64,000 bases of DNA, from contig CBFGJG010000004.1 of the NCBI GenBank assembly GCA_965649055.1, positions 18,343-82,342 on the forward strand, written 5' to 3'. The notes beneath the pieces were generated by a model, which was not told where the DNA came from, searched no databases, and saw nothing but the letters and a program-made list of their open reading frames with translations. Every line of letters begins with the position of its first letter. The stretch's first letter is position 1. Of this stretch, positions 28,641 through 37,996 are shown in pieces. Both the position numbers and the translations under genes were made by a program. This stretch comes from a candidate division WOR-3 bacterium (GTDB taxonomy: Bacteria > Hydrothermota > UBA3072 > B12-G15).

Positions 28641-30108
28641 AAATTTCTCCCGGTATCTTAAAAATAATATGGAATCCTATTTTATCATTTTTAGCCCAGA
28701 TTTTACCATTATGTGCTTCTATAATACTCTTACATATTGAAAGTCCGAGACCCATTCCACCATATTTTCTGCTTGAATCAACATCAATCTGGTAAAATGG
28801 TTCAAATATCATACTGAGTTTTTTTTCTGGTATTTTTTCGCTATTGTTGTAAAAATCAAATAAAACAAATTCTCTGCCATTCTCATTCAATAATGAGTTA
28901 TTAATCTTAATAAACCCATTTTCAGGTGTGAATTTTGAAGCGTTAAGGAGTATATTTTCGAAGACATTCTTTATTTTTTCTTTATCAACTATACAATCTT
29001 TTACTTCAAGATTAATCTCTGTTTTTATATTTTTATTTTCAAGATATGGTGAAAAATCCTGCAATGTATCTTTAATTATCTTTTCAATATTTGTTTTTTC
29101 AGGTTCTATTTTTACACCTTCAAGAAGGTATTGGGAGATTTGTAATAAGGAATGTATGTCTTTATTCAGTCTTTCAAGGTTTCTTTTTATAATCTCAAGA
29201 CTTTTCCTCTGCTTTTCATTGGGTTCTCCAAGTTTACCCTTCAAAAGGTAATCAACATAACCTAAGGATGCAGTTAAAGGCGTTCTCAATTCGTGGGAAA
29301 TATTCGCAATCATCTGTGTCTTTTGCTTATCCCTTTCTTTCAGCTCGTTTACTAAGTTTTTTAAATCCATAATATTTATTCTTATCCTTTCAGACATAAA
29401 ATTAAAAGTATCGGCTAATTCCTGGAATTCATCATTTGTCTTTATCTTTATAACCCTGGAAAAATCACCTTTTGCTATTTCTTTAGCAGCGTTTTCAAGA
29501 ATTGAAATATTAGAGGTTATAAGACCTGAGAGGAATATAGAGATTATTGCGCTTAGTATTAATATAATGAATAGGATTGTGGAAGAAATTTTTATAATGT
29601 TACTGATTTCTTTCTTTAACCTGTCATATGAGAAATAATAAACAATAGAAAATCTATGAACACCAAATCCATCAATATAAGGGTATATTATTCTAATATC
29701 TGAACTTTTTAATGTTTTAGGTTCAAGCGATTTTAAGTTGTCTAAAACAAACTTATCGTCAGTATATCTTATTTTCTGGTTTGTTGGCATGCTTGACTCG
29801 GTAAAATCAGAATCAAAGAGTATTTCACCATATAAATCAATAATCTGCAATTTTTTTAAGTCATTTGAAAGGGTAATATGTGTTATTATGAATTCTCTGA
29901 ATTTGAAATATAAACTATGGTAATATCTGATATACATATCGGCAAATTTATCATAAGTTATCCTTGAGAAAGTCTCAGCATTTTTATAAAATTCTTCCTT
30001 TAATTGTCTATATGATGAAAGTAAAAAAGATATATAAAGTATAACATATATAATTATCACTCCCAGAGTTATTATTATACTCACTTTGTATCTAAAAGGT
30101 ATCTTCAT
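28612..30108 (-). CDS. HAMP sensor histidine kinase
   Basis: Two TM segments, HAMP, SHELRTPL, NASKF, FEPFYQ, GMGLGL. Confidence 0.93.
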   Translation of the reverse strand: MKIPFRYKVSIIITLGVIIIYVILYISFLLSSYRQLKEEFYKNAETFSRITYDKFADMYIRYYHSLYFKFREFIITHITLSNDLKKLQIIDLYGEILFDSDFTESSMPTNQKIRYTDDKFVLDNLKSLEPKTLKSSDIRIIYPYIDGFGVHRFSIVYYFSYDRLKKEISNIIKISSTILFIILILSAIISIFLSGLITSNISILENAAKEIAKGDFSRVIKIKTNDEFQELADTFNFMSERIRINIMDLKNLVNELKERDKQKTQMIANISHELRTPLTASLGYVDYLLKGKLGEPNEKQRKSLEIIKRNLERLNKDIHSLLQISQYLLEGVKIEPEKTNIEKIIKDTLQDFSPYLENKNIKTEINLEVKDCIVDKEKIKNVFENILLNASKFTPENGFIKINNSLLNENGREFVLFDFYNNSEKIPEKKLSMIFEPFYQIDVDSSRKYGGMGLGLSICKSIIEAHNGKIWAKNDKIGFHIIFKIPGEIYEKKKNTNN

Positions 30109-31565
30109 TTTATAACCTTTATTTCCTTTAACATTAATGTTTTATCCAGCCTTGGAGTCCATTTTATTCTTTTTGAAAGAACAAAAACATCCTTTTCCCA
30201 AACTATTGGTATCTTTGGTATATCTTCAAGTATTAATCTCTGAACATATTGTAATCGTTCCAGAATGAGGTTTTCATCTGTTGTTCTTGAAAGTTCTTCC
30301 ATAATACTATCAGCATATTTATTCGAATAACCAATATTATTCTGTGTCCCATATCCTTTTTCAGGTTCGTATGTGTGGAAAGAATTTGAAATAATGCTAA
30401 TACCATCATATGAAGTGGGAATCCTTGCAATAATATATAAATATGATTCTCTTTTTTCGACTTTTTCCCAGTACTTATCAGATGGGAGGGGATTCTTTTT
30501 TATTTTTAAACCTATATTTTCAAGGTCTTCTATTATACCTTCTGCTATTGGTGCCCTTGCATACGAATAGTCAAATGTAAGTTCAGGAATATTGTTAATC
30601 TTAGATATAATTTTTTTTGCTTCTTCAGGGTCGAATTTAATAGGTTCAATTGAAAAATCAAATCCGAAAACACCAGGAGTGAAAAATTGATTAGCAGGAG
30701 TTGCAAAACCATTATATACAGTGCTGCATAATCTTTCCCTGTTTATACCTATATTTAATGCGTATCTAAAATCTTTCTTACTGAAAGGGTATTTTTTAAG
30801 GTTAAATTCAAGGAATCTTATTCCTATTCCCGGGGTTGTAACAACCTTTCCGTATTTTGAAAACTCATCAACCTGAGAAAGTGGAACATAAGATACAATA
30901 TCAGCAATACCTTCTTTTAATAATCTTAACTTTTCATTGGAATCACGTATATAAAGATATTTTGCCCTTGAAACATCCGGTCTTTTATTCCAGTATTTAT
31001 TATTCCTTATAAGTATGAGTTCTTTATCATCCATTTTTTCAAATCTGTAAGGGCCTGTTCCACAAGGGGTATTTTCCATTGGGTCATATCCTTCTGGAAT
31101 TATAAATACGATGGAAATATCAAATAAAAGCGTTGAGTATGGATATTTCGTCTTTATAACAATCTTATTTTCATTTATTTTATAAATTGTATCAACCCTA
31201 TCTTTGTAAATATTAATCTCCGAGTTTGGAATTTTAAGAGGTCTTTTTAAAGAATAAATTACATCTTCAGGTTTCAATAATTTTCCATTATGAAAATATA
31301 CGTTTTTTCTCAATGTGAATACCCAGGTCAAACTATCTTTCTTCTCCCAGTATTCTGCAAGGACACCTGTTATTTTCATATTTGCGTCAAATCCAACAAT
31401 TGGTTCGTATATATTCGAAAGAATTGAAATAACAGGTAGTTCACGGACTGCATGCGGTTCAAGGGTTGATGGCGGTGAATCTATAATGATAGTAATTTCA
31501 TTTTTTTTATTGTTACATCCTGAAAAAATAAATATTATTAAAAGGATAAATAGATAATATCTCAC
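30105..31565 (-). CDS. Family-5 (DppA/OppA-like) solute-binding lipoprotein
   Basis: Start set at GTG 31565 (SD GGAGG; ATG 31577 is an alternative). Lipobox FSGC; LAE.W, F.LR..V.FHNG, GTGPY. Confidence 0.85.
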   Translation of the reverse strand: MRYYLFILLIIFIFSGCNNKKNEITIIIDSPPSTLEPHAVRELPVISILSNIYEPIVGFDANMKITGVLAEYWEKKDSLTWVFTLRKNVYFHNGKLLKPEDVIYSLKRPLKIPNSEINIYKDRVDTIYKINENKIVIKTKYPYSTLLFDISIVFIIPEGYDPMENTPCGTGPYRFEKMDDKELILIRNNKYWNKRPDVSRAKYLYIRDSNEKLRLLKEGIADIVSYVPLSQVDEFSKYGKVVTTPGIGIRFLEFNLKKYPFSKKDFRYALNIGINRERLCSTVYNGFATPANQFFTPGVFGFDFSIEPIKFDPEEAKKIISKINNIPELTFDYSYARAPIAEGIIEDLENIGLKIKKNPLPSDKYWEKVEKRESYLYIIARIPTSYDGISIISNSFHTYEPEKGYGTQNNIGYSNKYADSIMEELSRTTDENLILERLQYVQRLILEDIPKIPIVWEKDVFVLSKRIKWTPRLDKTLMLKEIKVIK

Positions 31566-31665
31566 AAATTCCTCCATTAATATTTTAATAATATTTTTTC
31601 TTATGTCAATAATTTCCTTGAAAAATAAAAAATTTATCATATTATTTATAAAAAACGGAGGTTTT

Positions 31666-31893
31666 ATGAAAATTGCAATAGAGGATATTATAAAAAGAAT
31701 AAACAGTAAATACAAGGCAACGGTTATTATAGCACTTGATGCAGAAAGATTGAACAAAATCAGGAAAGAAACAAATTTTATGAGCGAGGTTGAAACACCG
31801 GAAGAGAAAACGATAATTCAGGCTATGAGAAGATTCATAGAAGGTAAGATACAATACAAATTTATTGAAGATGAACAGGATACTAAAAAATAA
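31666..31893 (+). CDS. rpoZ: RNA polymerase omega subunit
   Basis: SD GGAGG; INSKY...A..A..LN...K....A.....GKI pattern; directly upstream of coaBC. Confidence 0.75.
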   Translation: MKIAIEDIIKRINSKYKATVIIALDAERLNKIRKETNFMSEVETPEEKTIIQAMRRFIEGKIQYKFIEDEQDTKK

Positions 31894-33037
31894 AAAAATA
31901 CTGATAGGAATTTCAGGCGGAATAGCTGCGTATAAAGTGCCTGAACTTGTAAGGAATCTTTTGTTAAACGGTGCAGAAGTAAAAGTAGTTCTTACTGAGA
32001 ATGGTGCAAGGTTTGTTTCAAAATACACACTTGAAATACTTACCGGTGGAAATGTGTACACTGATATGTTCTCCGGAGGGATTCCACACATCAAATTTGC
32101 AGAAGAATCGGACCTGATTGCGGTAATTCCAGCAACATACAATATAATAGGGAAAATAGCAGGTGGTATCGCTGACGACCTTCTTACAACGGTTATCTCA
32201 GCATCTAAAAAAAGTAAGATTTTATTCCCTTCAATGAATACAGCAATGCTTGAAAATCCAATATTTATAAAAAATATTGAATACCTTAAATCTCTGGGAT
32301 ACGAAATAGTCGAACCATCCGAAGGAATTCTTGCCTGTGGAGCTTCCGGGAAGGGCAGGTTACCGGATATGGAAATCATACTATTCCATATTTGCAGGGC
32401 ACTTTCAGATAACAGTTTTAAAGGTAAAAGGATAATGATAACAGCAGGGGCTACTTGTGAGAAGATAGACCCTGTAAGGATAATTACAAATTCATCATCC
32501 GGGAAAATGGGACTGGAGATTGCAAAGACATTCACACTCCTTGGTGGAGATGTCCTGCTTATTATGGGAGGTCATTCTGTTCATATCCCCCCTTATATAA
32601 ATGTCAAAAAATACGAAAATTCAGATGAATTATACTCACTGGTGATGAATAATATAGGAAATACGGATATACTTATAATGGCTGCAGCTGTATCTGATTT
32701 CAAACCGGAATTTCATCCACACAAGATAAAAAGGGATAAAGAGCTCATACTTAAACTTATACCAACCGTTGATATACTTAAGGAAGTTGCAAAAATAAGG
32801 GAGAAACAGATTATAGTCGGATTCTGTTTAGAGGAAGAGGCAAATGTGGTAGAGGAAGGTTTAAGGAAGATGAAAGAAAAAAATTGTGATATAATGATAG
32901 CGAATACTACAAGTTCAATAGGAAGTGATATTGCGAAGGGGTATATTCTTTACAATAAAAATGAAGAATACTTTGAAATGACCAAGGAGGAATTGTCTTG
33001 GCACCTGACAAATATAATCAGGCAATTTTATATTTGA
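31865..33037 (+). CDS. coaBC: Phosphopantothenoylcysteine decarboxylase/ligase
   Basis: GISGGIAAYK, PSMN..M, LACG..GKGR, TAG.T.E.IDPVR, SSGKMG, AAVSDF. Confidence 0.96.
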   Translation: MKMNRILKNKKILIGISGGIAAYKVPELVRNLLLNGAEVKVVLTENGARFVSKYTLEILTGGNVYTDMFSGGIPHIKFAEESDLIAVIPATYNIIGKIAGGIADDLLTTVISASKKSKILFPSMNTAMLENPIFIKNIEYLKSLGYEIVEPSEGILACGASGKGRLPDMEIILFHICRALSDNSFKGKRIMITAGATCEKIDPVRIITNSSSGKMGLEIAKTFTLLGGDVLLIMGGHSVHIPPYINVKKYENSDELYSLVMNNIGNTDILIMAAAVSDFKPEFHPHKIKRDKELILKLIPTVDILKEVAKIREKQIIVGFCLEEEANVVEEGLRKMKEKNCDIMIANTTSSIGSDIAKGYILYNKNEEYFEMTKEELSWHLTNIIRQFYI

Positions 33038-33639
33038 ACTATTTAAAGACAATTGGAATGGAAGAAATTATTTTGAGAACAGATAAGATATCATTATACA
33101 AGGATTTAATTAGAAAGATAAACGAATGCAAAGATTGCGAACTTTATAAAGGAAGACTTAACGCAGTCCCCGGTTCAGGTTCAATTTTTTCAAAACTTAT
33201 GGTAATTGGTGAGGCCCCAGGTGAAAAAGAAGATAATGTTGGTCTACCTTTTGTTGGTCCATCAGGACAGAAACTTACTTTATGGCTTAAAGAAATCGGG
33301 ATACAAAGAGAAGATATATATATTACAAATGTTGTTAAATGCAGACCACCGCATAACAGGGAACCAACAATAGAAGAAGTTTCTAAATGTAGAAAATTCC
33401 TTGATTTTCAGGTTGAATTTATAAAACCAACTATTATTTTATTACTCGGGAATATTGCTCTTGAATATTTTACCGGTGAAAGAAAAGGAATTATGAAAAG
33501 AAGAGGAATTGTTTTTAGTTATAAAAATATTTTAGTTCTTCCCACATATCATCCTTCCTTTATACTTTCAAATCCAGATAGAGAAGAAGAAGTTAAAACA
33601 GATTTTAAAAAATTAAAGGAATTATACTATGAACATTAA
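32998..33639 (+). CDS. Uracil-DNA glycosylase family 4 (Fe-S)
   Basis: CKDC.L, GEAPG, PFVG, KCRPP.NR.P, TYHPS. Confidence 0.92.
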   Translation: MAPDKYNQAILYLNYLKTIGMEEIILRTDKISLYKDLIRKINECKDCELYKGRLNAVPGSGSIFSKLMVIGEAPGEKEDNVGLPFVGPSGQKLTLWLKEIGIQREDIYITNVVKCRPPHNREPTIEEVSKCRKFLDFQVEFIKPTIILLLGNIALEYFTGERKGIMKRRGIVFSYKNILVLPTYHPSFILSNPDREEEVKTDFKKLKELYYEH

Positions 33640-34981
33640 ATCATTACCAAATGCTGTTGATATTGAAAAAATAGTTCTTGCATCTATGTTTATGGACATA
33701 GATGCAATTGGTAAAGTTGTTGAAATATTGCAACCCGAAGATTTTTATTCTGAACAGCATAAAAAGATTTGCAAAGCAATTTATAATCTTTACGAGAGGG
33801 GAAGACCTATAGATATGGTTCTTGTTATCGAAGAATTAAAAAGTGAGGGACAGTTTGAAGCAGCAGGCGGAAGCGCCTACTTTGCTGAAATTTCAGAGGC
33901 AGCAGTTTCAAGTGCAAATATTGAATCTTATGCTGAAATTATAAGGGAAAAGGCTATACTCAGAGAGATTATAAAATCAGGGAATCTGATGATAGAGGAT
34001 GCATACAAAGAAAATTACGAGATAGAAGAACTCCTTGATAAAGCGGAATCAAGAATATTTAACATAAGAACAAAAAGGAAAAGAGGCGAAATAAAGAAAG
34101 TGAATGAATCACTCAGTGAAATATTTAAAATAATTGAAAAAAGGAATAAGGAAAAATCTCATATAACAGGCATACCAACCGGATTTTCAAGACTTGACAA
34201 CTGCACATCTGGTTTACAGAACGGTGAAATGATTATTATAGCAGGTAGACCTTCAACAGGTAAAACTGCTATTGCTTTGAATATGGCTTCAAGAATGGCC
34301 CTTGAGTCCCGTATACCTGTCCTTTTTTTCTCACTTGAAATGCACTATGAACAGCTTTTGTATAGGCTCATATCTTCTGAATCAGGTGTTCCCAGCTTAA
34401 ATATAAGGACAGGATATTTTACAGAACAACAATTCAAAGATATATCTTTTGCTATTGCTAAACTAAATAAAGCACCAATATGGATTGATTCAACACCCGG
34501 GATTAATATTTTTGAGTTCAGGGCAAAGGCAAGAAGAATGAAAAAAAACGAGAATATAGGAATTATTTTTGTTGACTATCTACAATTAATATCAGGACCT
34601 AAGGCTGAAAATAGAACCCAGGAGGTTTCTGCGATATCAAGGGCTCTAAAAGGTATTGCAATGGAGCTTAATATTCCTGTTGTAGCAATATCACAACTTT
34701 CAAGAGCACCAAAGGAAAAAATTTCACGAAAAGGTGAAGAACCACCACCTGTTCTTTCAGACCTGAGAGAATCCGGTCAGATAGAACAGGACGCAGATGT
34801 TGTTGTTTTACTACACAGGGAAAGAATTGAAGGTGAAAATGTTGATCAAATTCCCGAGATGATCAAGATAAAAGTTAATATTGCAAAGAATAGAAATGGC
34901 CCTATTGATATGTTTGAACTTGGATTTATAAAGAATATAGTTCAATTTAGAGAAATTGCAGAATTAGCAGGAGAAGAATAG
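33629..34981 (+). CDS. dnaB: Replicative DNA helicase
   Basis: AGRPSTGKT, FSLEM, DYLQL, SQLSR, SDLRESG.IEQDAD, AKNRNGP; no intein. Confidence 0.97.
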   Translation: MNIKSLPNAVDIEKIVLASMFMDIDAIGKVVEILQPEDFYSEQHKKICKAIYNLYERGRPIDMVLVIEELKSEGQFEAAGGSAYFAEISEAAVSSANIESYAEIIREKAILREIIKSGNLMIEDAYKENYEIEELLDKAESRIFNIRTKRKRGEIKKVNESLSEIFKIIEKRNKEKSHITGIPTGFSRLDNCTSGLQNGEMIIIAGRPSTGKTAIALNMASRMALESRIPVLFFSLEMHYEQLLYRLISSESGVPSLNIRTGYFTEQQFKDISFAIAKLNKAPIWIDSTPGINIFEFRAKARRMKKNENIGIIFVDYLQLISGPKAENRTQEVSAISRALKGIAMELNIPVVAISQLSRAPKEKISRKGEEPPPVLSDLRESGQIEQDADVVVLLHRERIEGENVDQIPEMIKIKVNIAKNRNGPIDMFELGFIKNIVQFREIAELAGEE

Positions 34982-35710
34982 GTGATAAAGATAGAAAATG
35001 TTCATAAATCATTTAATGATAATTATGTTTTAAAAGGGGTAAACCTTGAGATAAAAAACGGCGAGACTATTGTTATTATTGGTAAAAGTGGATGCGGAAA
35101 GAGTGTTCTCTTAAAACATATCATGGGTCTTATAAAACCTGACAGGGGTAAAATTATTGTCGATGATATAGATATCACATCTGGCAAGAATAACCTTTTT
35201 GAGATTAGAAAAAAGTTTGGGCTTGTTTTTCAGAGTGCTGCATTGTTTGATTCATTGACAGTGGCAGAGAATGTTATTATAGGCCTTATTGAACAGAGAA
35301 AACTGAAAATGGAAGAAATGATGAAGATAGCAAGCGAAAAGTTAAGACTCGTTGGTTTAAATAATATTGAGTCTTTAAAGCCGGCTGAGCTATCTGGTGG
35401 TATGAAAAAAAGGGTAGGTATTGCAAGGGCACTTGCACTTGACCCTGAATATATTCTTTATGATGAACCGACAACAGGGCTTGATCCAATTATGGCTGAT
35501 AAGATAAATATGCTTATAATAGATTTGAAGAAAAGACTCAATAAAACAACCATTGTGGTTACACATGATATGCATAGCGCATTTAAAATCGGTGATAGAA
35601 TTGCAATGCTTAACGATGGAAAGATAATATTTGAGGGAAAACCGGAAGAACTTCTAAAGTCAAAGATTGAAGAAGTAAGAGAGTTTATACAGAGTTCATC
35701 AGTCGGTTAA
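34982..35710 (+). CDS. ABC ATPase, MlaF/Mkl family
   Basis: GKSGCGKS, FQSAALFDSL, LSGGMKKRV, YDEPTTGLDP, VTHD. Confidence 0.88.
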   Translation: MIKIENVHKSFNDNYVLKGVNLEIKNGETIVIIGKSGCGKSVLLKHIMGLIKPDRGKIIVDDIDITSGKNNLFEIRKKFGLVFQSAALFDSLTVAENVIIGLIEQRKLKMEEMMKIASEKLRLVGLNNIESLKPAELSGGMKKRVGIARALALDPEYILYDEPTTGLDPIMADKINMLIIDLKKRLNKTTIVVTHDMHSAFKIGDRIAMLNDGKIIFEGKPEELLKSKIEEVREFIQSSSVG

Positions 35711-37047
35711 TGAAAGAAAAAAAGACATTCATCTGTCAGAACTGTGGATATGAAAGCCCTAAATGGCTTGGAAGATGTCCTAATTGTAATGAGTGGAATA
35801 CATTTGTTGAGGAAATCCAAAGAAGGAAAGAAGTAAAAAATGTTAGAAATGTTTTTCCTTTAAATTTTAAAGAAGTAGAAAGTGTATCTGTAGAAAGGAT
35901 AAAAACAGGTATTGGGGAGTTCGACAGGGTTCTCGGCGGTGGAATAGTTAAAGGTTCCCTTGTTCTTATAGGTGGTGATCCTGGAATAGGAAAATCTACA
36001 CTTCTTACGAGTATCAGTGGTTCGTATTCTTCTATGAATAGAAAGGTTCTTTATGTATCAGGTGAAGAATCTATATATCAGGTTAAAATGAGGATAGAGA
36101 GGTTAAAAATTCATAATGAAAATGTTTTTTTCCTTTCGGAAACAGAGATTAACAGTATAATAGAAGCAGTGAATAGATTTGGCCCTGAACTTTTAATAAT
36201 AGATTCAATACAAACTATGTATTCGGAAGAGATTGACCTGCCGGCCGGAAGTGTTTCACAGGTCAGGGATGTGACTTTTAAATTGATGAATCTTTCAAAG
36301 AGTTCCGGAATAACAACAATGATAATTGGTCATATAACAAAAACAGGTGTTATTGCTGGACCGAAAACACTTGAACATATGGTTGATACTGTTTTATACC
36401 TTGAGGGTGATACAAACTATTTATTCAGAATATTAAGGACCGTGAAGAATAGATTTGGTTCTACAAACGAGATAGGTGTTTTTGAACTAACAGAAGAAGG
36501 TTTAAAAGAGGTTACAAATCCATCTTCTTATCTAATTGAAAATAGAGTGAAAGATGAACCGGGAAATACTATTGTTCCAACAGTTCAAGGGACAAGACCA
36601 ATATTGATAGAGATACAATCACTTGTGATACCGGCAAGATACGGAGTTCCAATGAGGGTAGCGACTGGGATTGATTACAAAAGATTGAATATGCTTATCG
36701 CAATAATTGAAAAAAGACTTGGTTATAATATAGGCACCAACGATATATTCTGTAATATTACCGGTGGTTTAAAGATTCTTGAACCTGCAATTGATACCGG
36801 GCTTATATTCTCTATTGTCTCAAGCTATCTTGGGAAAAAAATAGATGAAAATATATCAATGATAGGAGAAGTTGGTCTTTCAGGAGAAGTAAGGGCTGTT
36901 CCTTTTATTGAAAAAAGAATACAGGAATGTGAAAGAATGGGTGTTAAAAATTTTATTATGCCAAACCAGAATGTAAAGATAAGAGATGGAATAAATTTGA
37001 TAAAGGTAAAGAATATAAAAGAAATTAAGGAGGAACTTAAACTTTGA
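35710..37047 (+). CDS. radA: DNA repair protein RadA/Sms
   Basis: CQNCG...GRCPNC, GDPGIGKSTL, KNRFG, GEVGLSGE. Confidence 0.97.
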   Translation: MKEKKTFICQNCGYESPKWLGRCPNCNEWNTFVEEIQRRKEVKNVRNVFPLNFKEVESVSVERIKTGIGEFDRVLGGGIVKGSLVLIGGDPGIGKSTLLTSISGSYSSMNRKVLYVSGEESIYQVKMRIERLKIHNENVFFLSETEINSIIEAVNRFGPELLIIDSIQTMYSEEIDLPAGSVSQVRDVTFKLMNLSKSSGITTMIIGHITKTGVIAGPKTLEHMVDTVLYLEGDTNYLFRILRTVKNRFGSTNEIGVFELTEEGLKEVTNPSSYLIENRVKDEPGNTIVPTVQGTRPILIEIQSLVIPARYGVPMRVATGIDYKRLNMLIAIIEKRLGYNIGTNDIFCNITGGLKILEPAIDTGLIFSIVSSYLGKKIDENISMIGEVGLSGEVRAVPFIEKRIQECERMGVKNFIMPNQNVKIRDGINLIKVKNIKEIKEELKL

Positions 37048-37529
37048 GGAAAAAATATTACTTAATACATTTATCTGCAATTCTCGATGGAAGGATATTT
37101 ATACTTATAAAAAATGGAATAATAGATGGGATTCCTTTAATTTCAGAAGAAGATGCTAAAAATCTTCCTGATGATATGAAGAAAAAAATAGAGAAAATAA
37201 AGATAATAAAAGGTAATATATTTAATGTCTCAAGAAAAATAAAATGTAAGGTTTTTATATGCAATGACAAAGAAACAGAATTAAAATTGAAATCAATAAG
37301 GGTTGATGTTGTAGACCTGTCAATTTTATCTGTTCTTTGCAGAAAGCCTTTAAAGTTAGGTGATGTTATAGATGTTCAAATATATAATAATAAAAATAGA
37401 ATTTTTCTCGATGACGGCACAGAGGTCTTTATTGAAGAGGTTTTACCTGAAGGTAGATTTAAATGCAGGATAACAGGGATTCTTGAGACAAATGATTCAA
37501 GAAAGATTAATTGCGAGGTAATTAGATGA
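37044..37529 (+). CDS. Degenerate PIN/TRAM (YacL-like) protein
   Basis: LSAILDGRI resembles PIN DTS.IIDGRI; FLDDGTEVFIE resembles TRAM YLDDGT.IVVE; radA-yacL-isp gene order. Confidence 0.6.
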   Translation: MRKKYYLIHLSAILDGRIFILIKNGIIDGIPLISEEDAKNLPDDMKKKIEKIKIIKGNIFNVSRKIKCKVFICNDKETELKLKSIRVDVVDLSILSVLCRKPLKLGDVIDVQIYNNKNRIFLDDGTEVFIEEVLPEGRFKCRITGILETNDSRKINCEVIR

Positions 37530-37996
37530 GGATAGGAATAGGATACGATATTCACAGACTTGTCGAAGGAAGAGAATTTGTTCTTGGTGGAATTATTATA
37601 CCTTCAAGAAAAGGTATGCTTGGTCATTCTGATGGTGACCCGTTAATACATTCAATCATTGATGCAATACTTGGTGCAACTTCACTCGGTAATATTGGGA
37701 TTTATTTCCCTGATACTGACCCTAAATATAAGAATATTAAAAGCACGGAGTTACTAAAAGAAACTATGAAAATTATAAAAGGATATAAAATTATAAATAT
37801 TGATTCGGTTGTGATATGTGAAGAACCCAAACTAACAGATTTTGTGGAGAGGATGAAAGAGAATCTCGGAAAGATAATGGGTATTTCTAAAAATTTAATT
37901 TCTGTTAAACCTAAAAGAAAAGAAGGTCTTGATTCAACCGGAAGGAATGAATCAGTTGAAGTTATTTCTGTATGTCTTTTGGAGGAGGAAAAATGA
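37526..37996 (+). CDS. ispF: MEcPP synthase
   Basis: RIGIGYDIH, GHSDGD, IG..FPD, INID. Confidence 0.95.
   Translation: MRIGIGYDIHRLVEGREFVLGGIIIPSRKGMLGHSDGDPLIHSIIDAILGATSLGNIGIYFPDTDPKYKNIKSTELLKETMKIIKGYKIINIDSVVICEEPKLTDFVERMKENLGKIMGISKNLISVKPKRKEGLDSTGRNESVEVISVCLLEEEK

Noticed and set aside
31578..31757. Long N-terminal extension of the SBP ORF
   Set aside because: Overlaps rpoZ and the divergent promoters; SD and lipobox support a start at 31565 or 31577.
31642..32535. 297-aa minus-strand ORF
   Set aside because: Antisense to rpoZ and coaBC, with no recognisable motifs.
33629..34981. Possible intein in dnaB (also checked recA)
   Set aside because: Both proteins are normal length with uninterrupted motifs.
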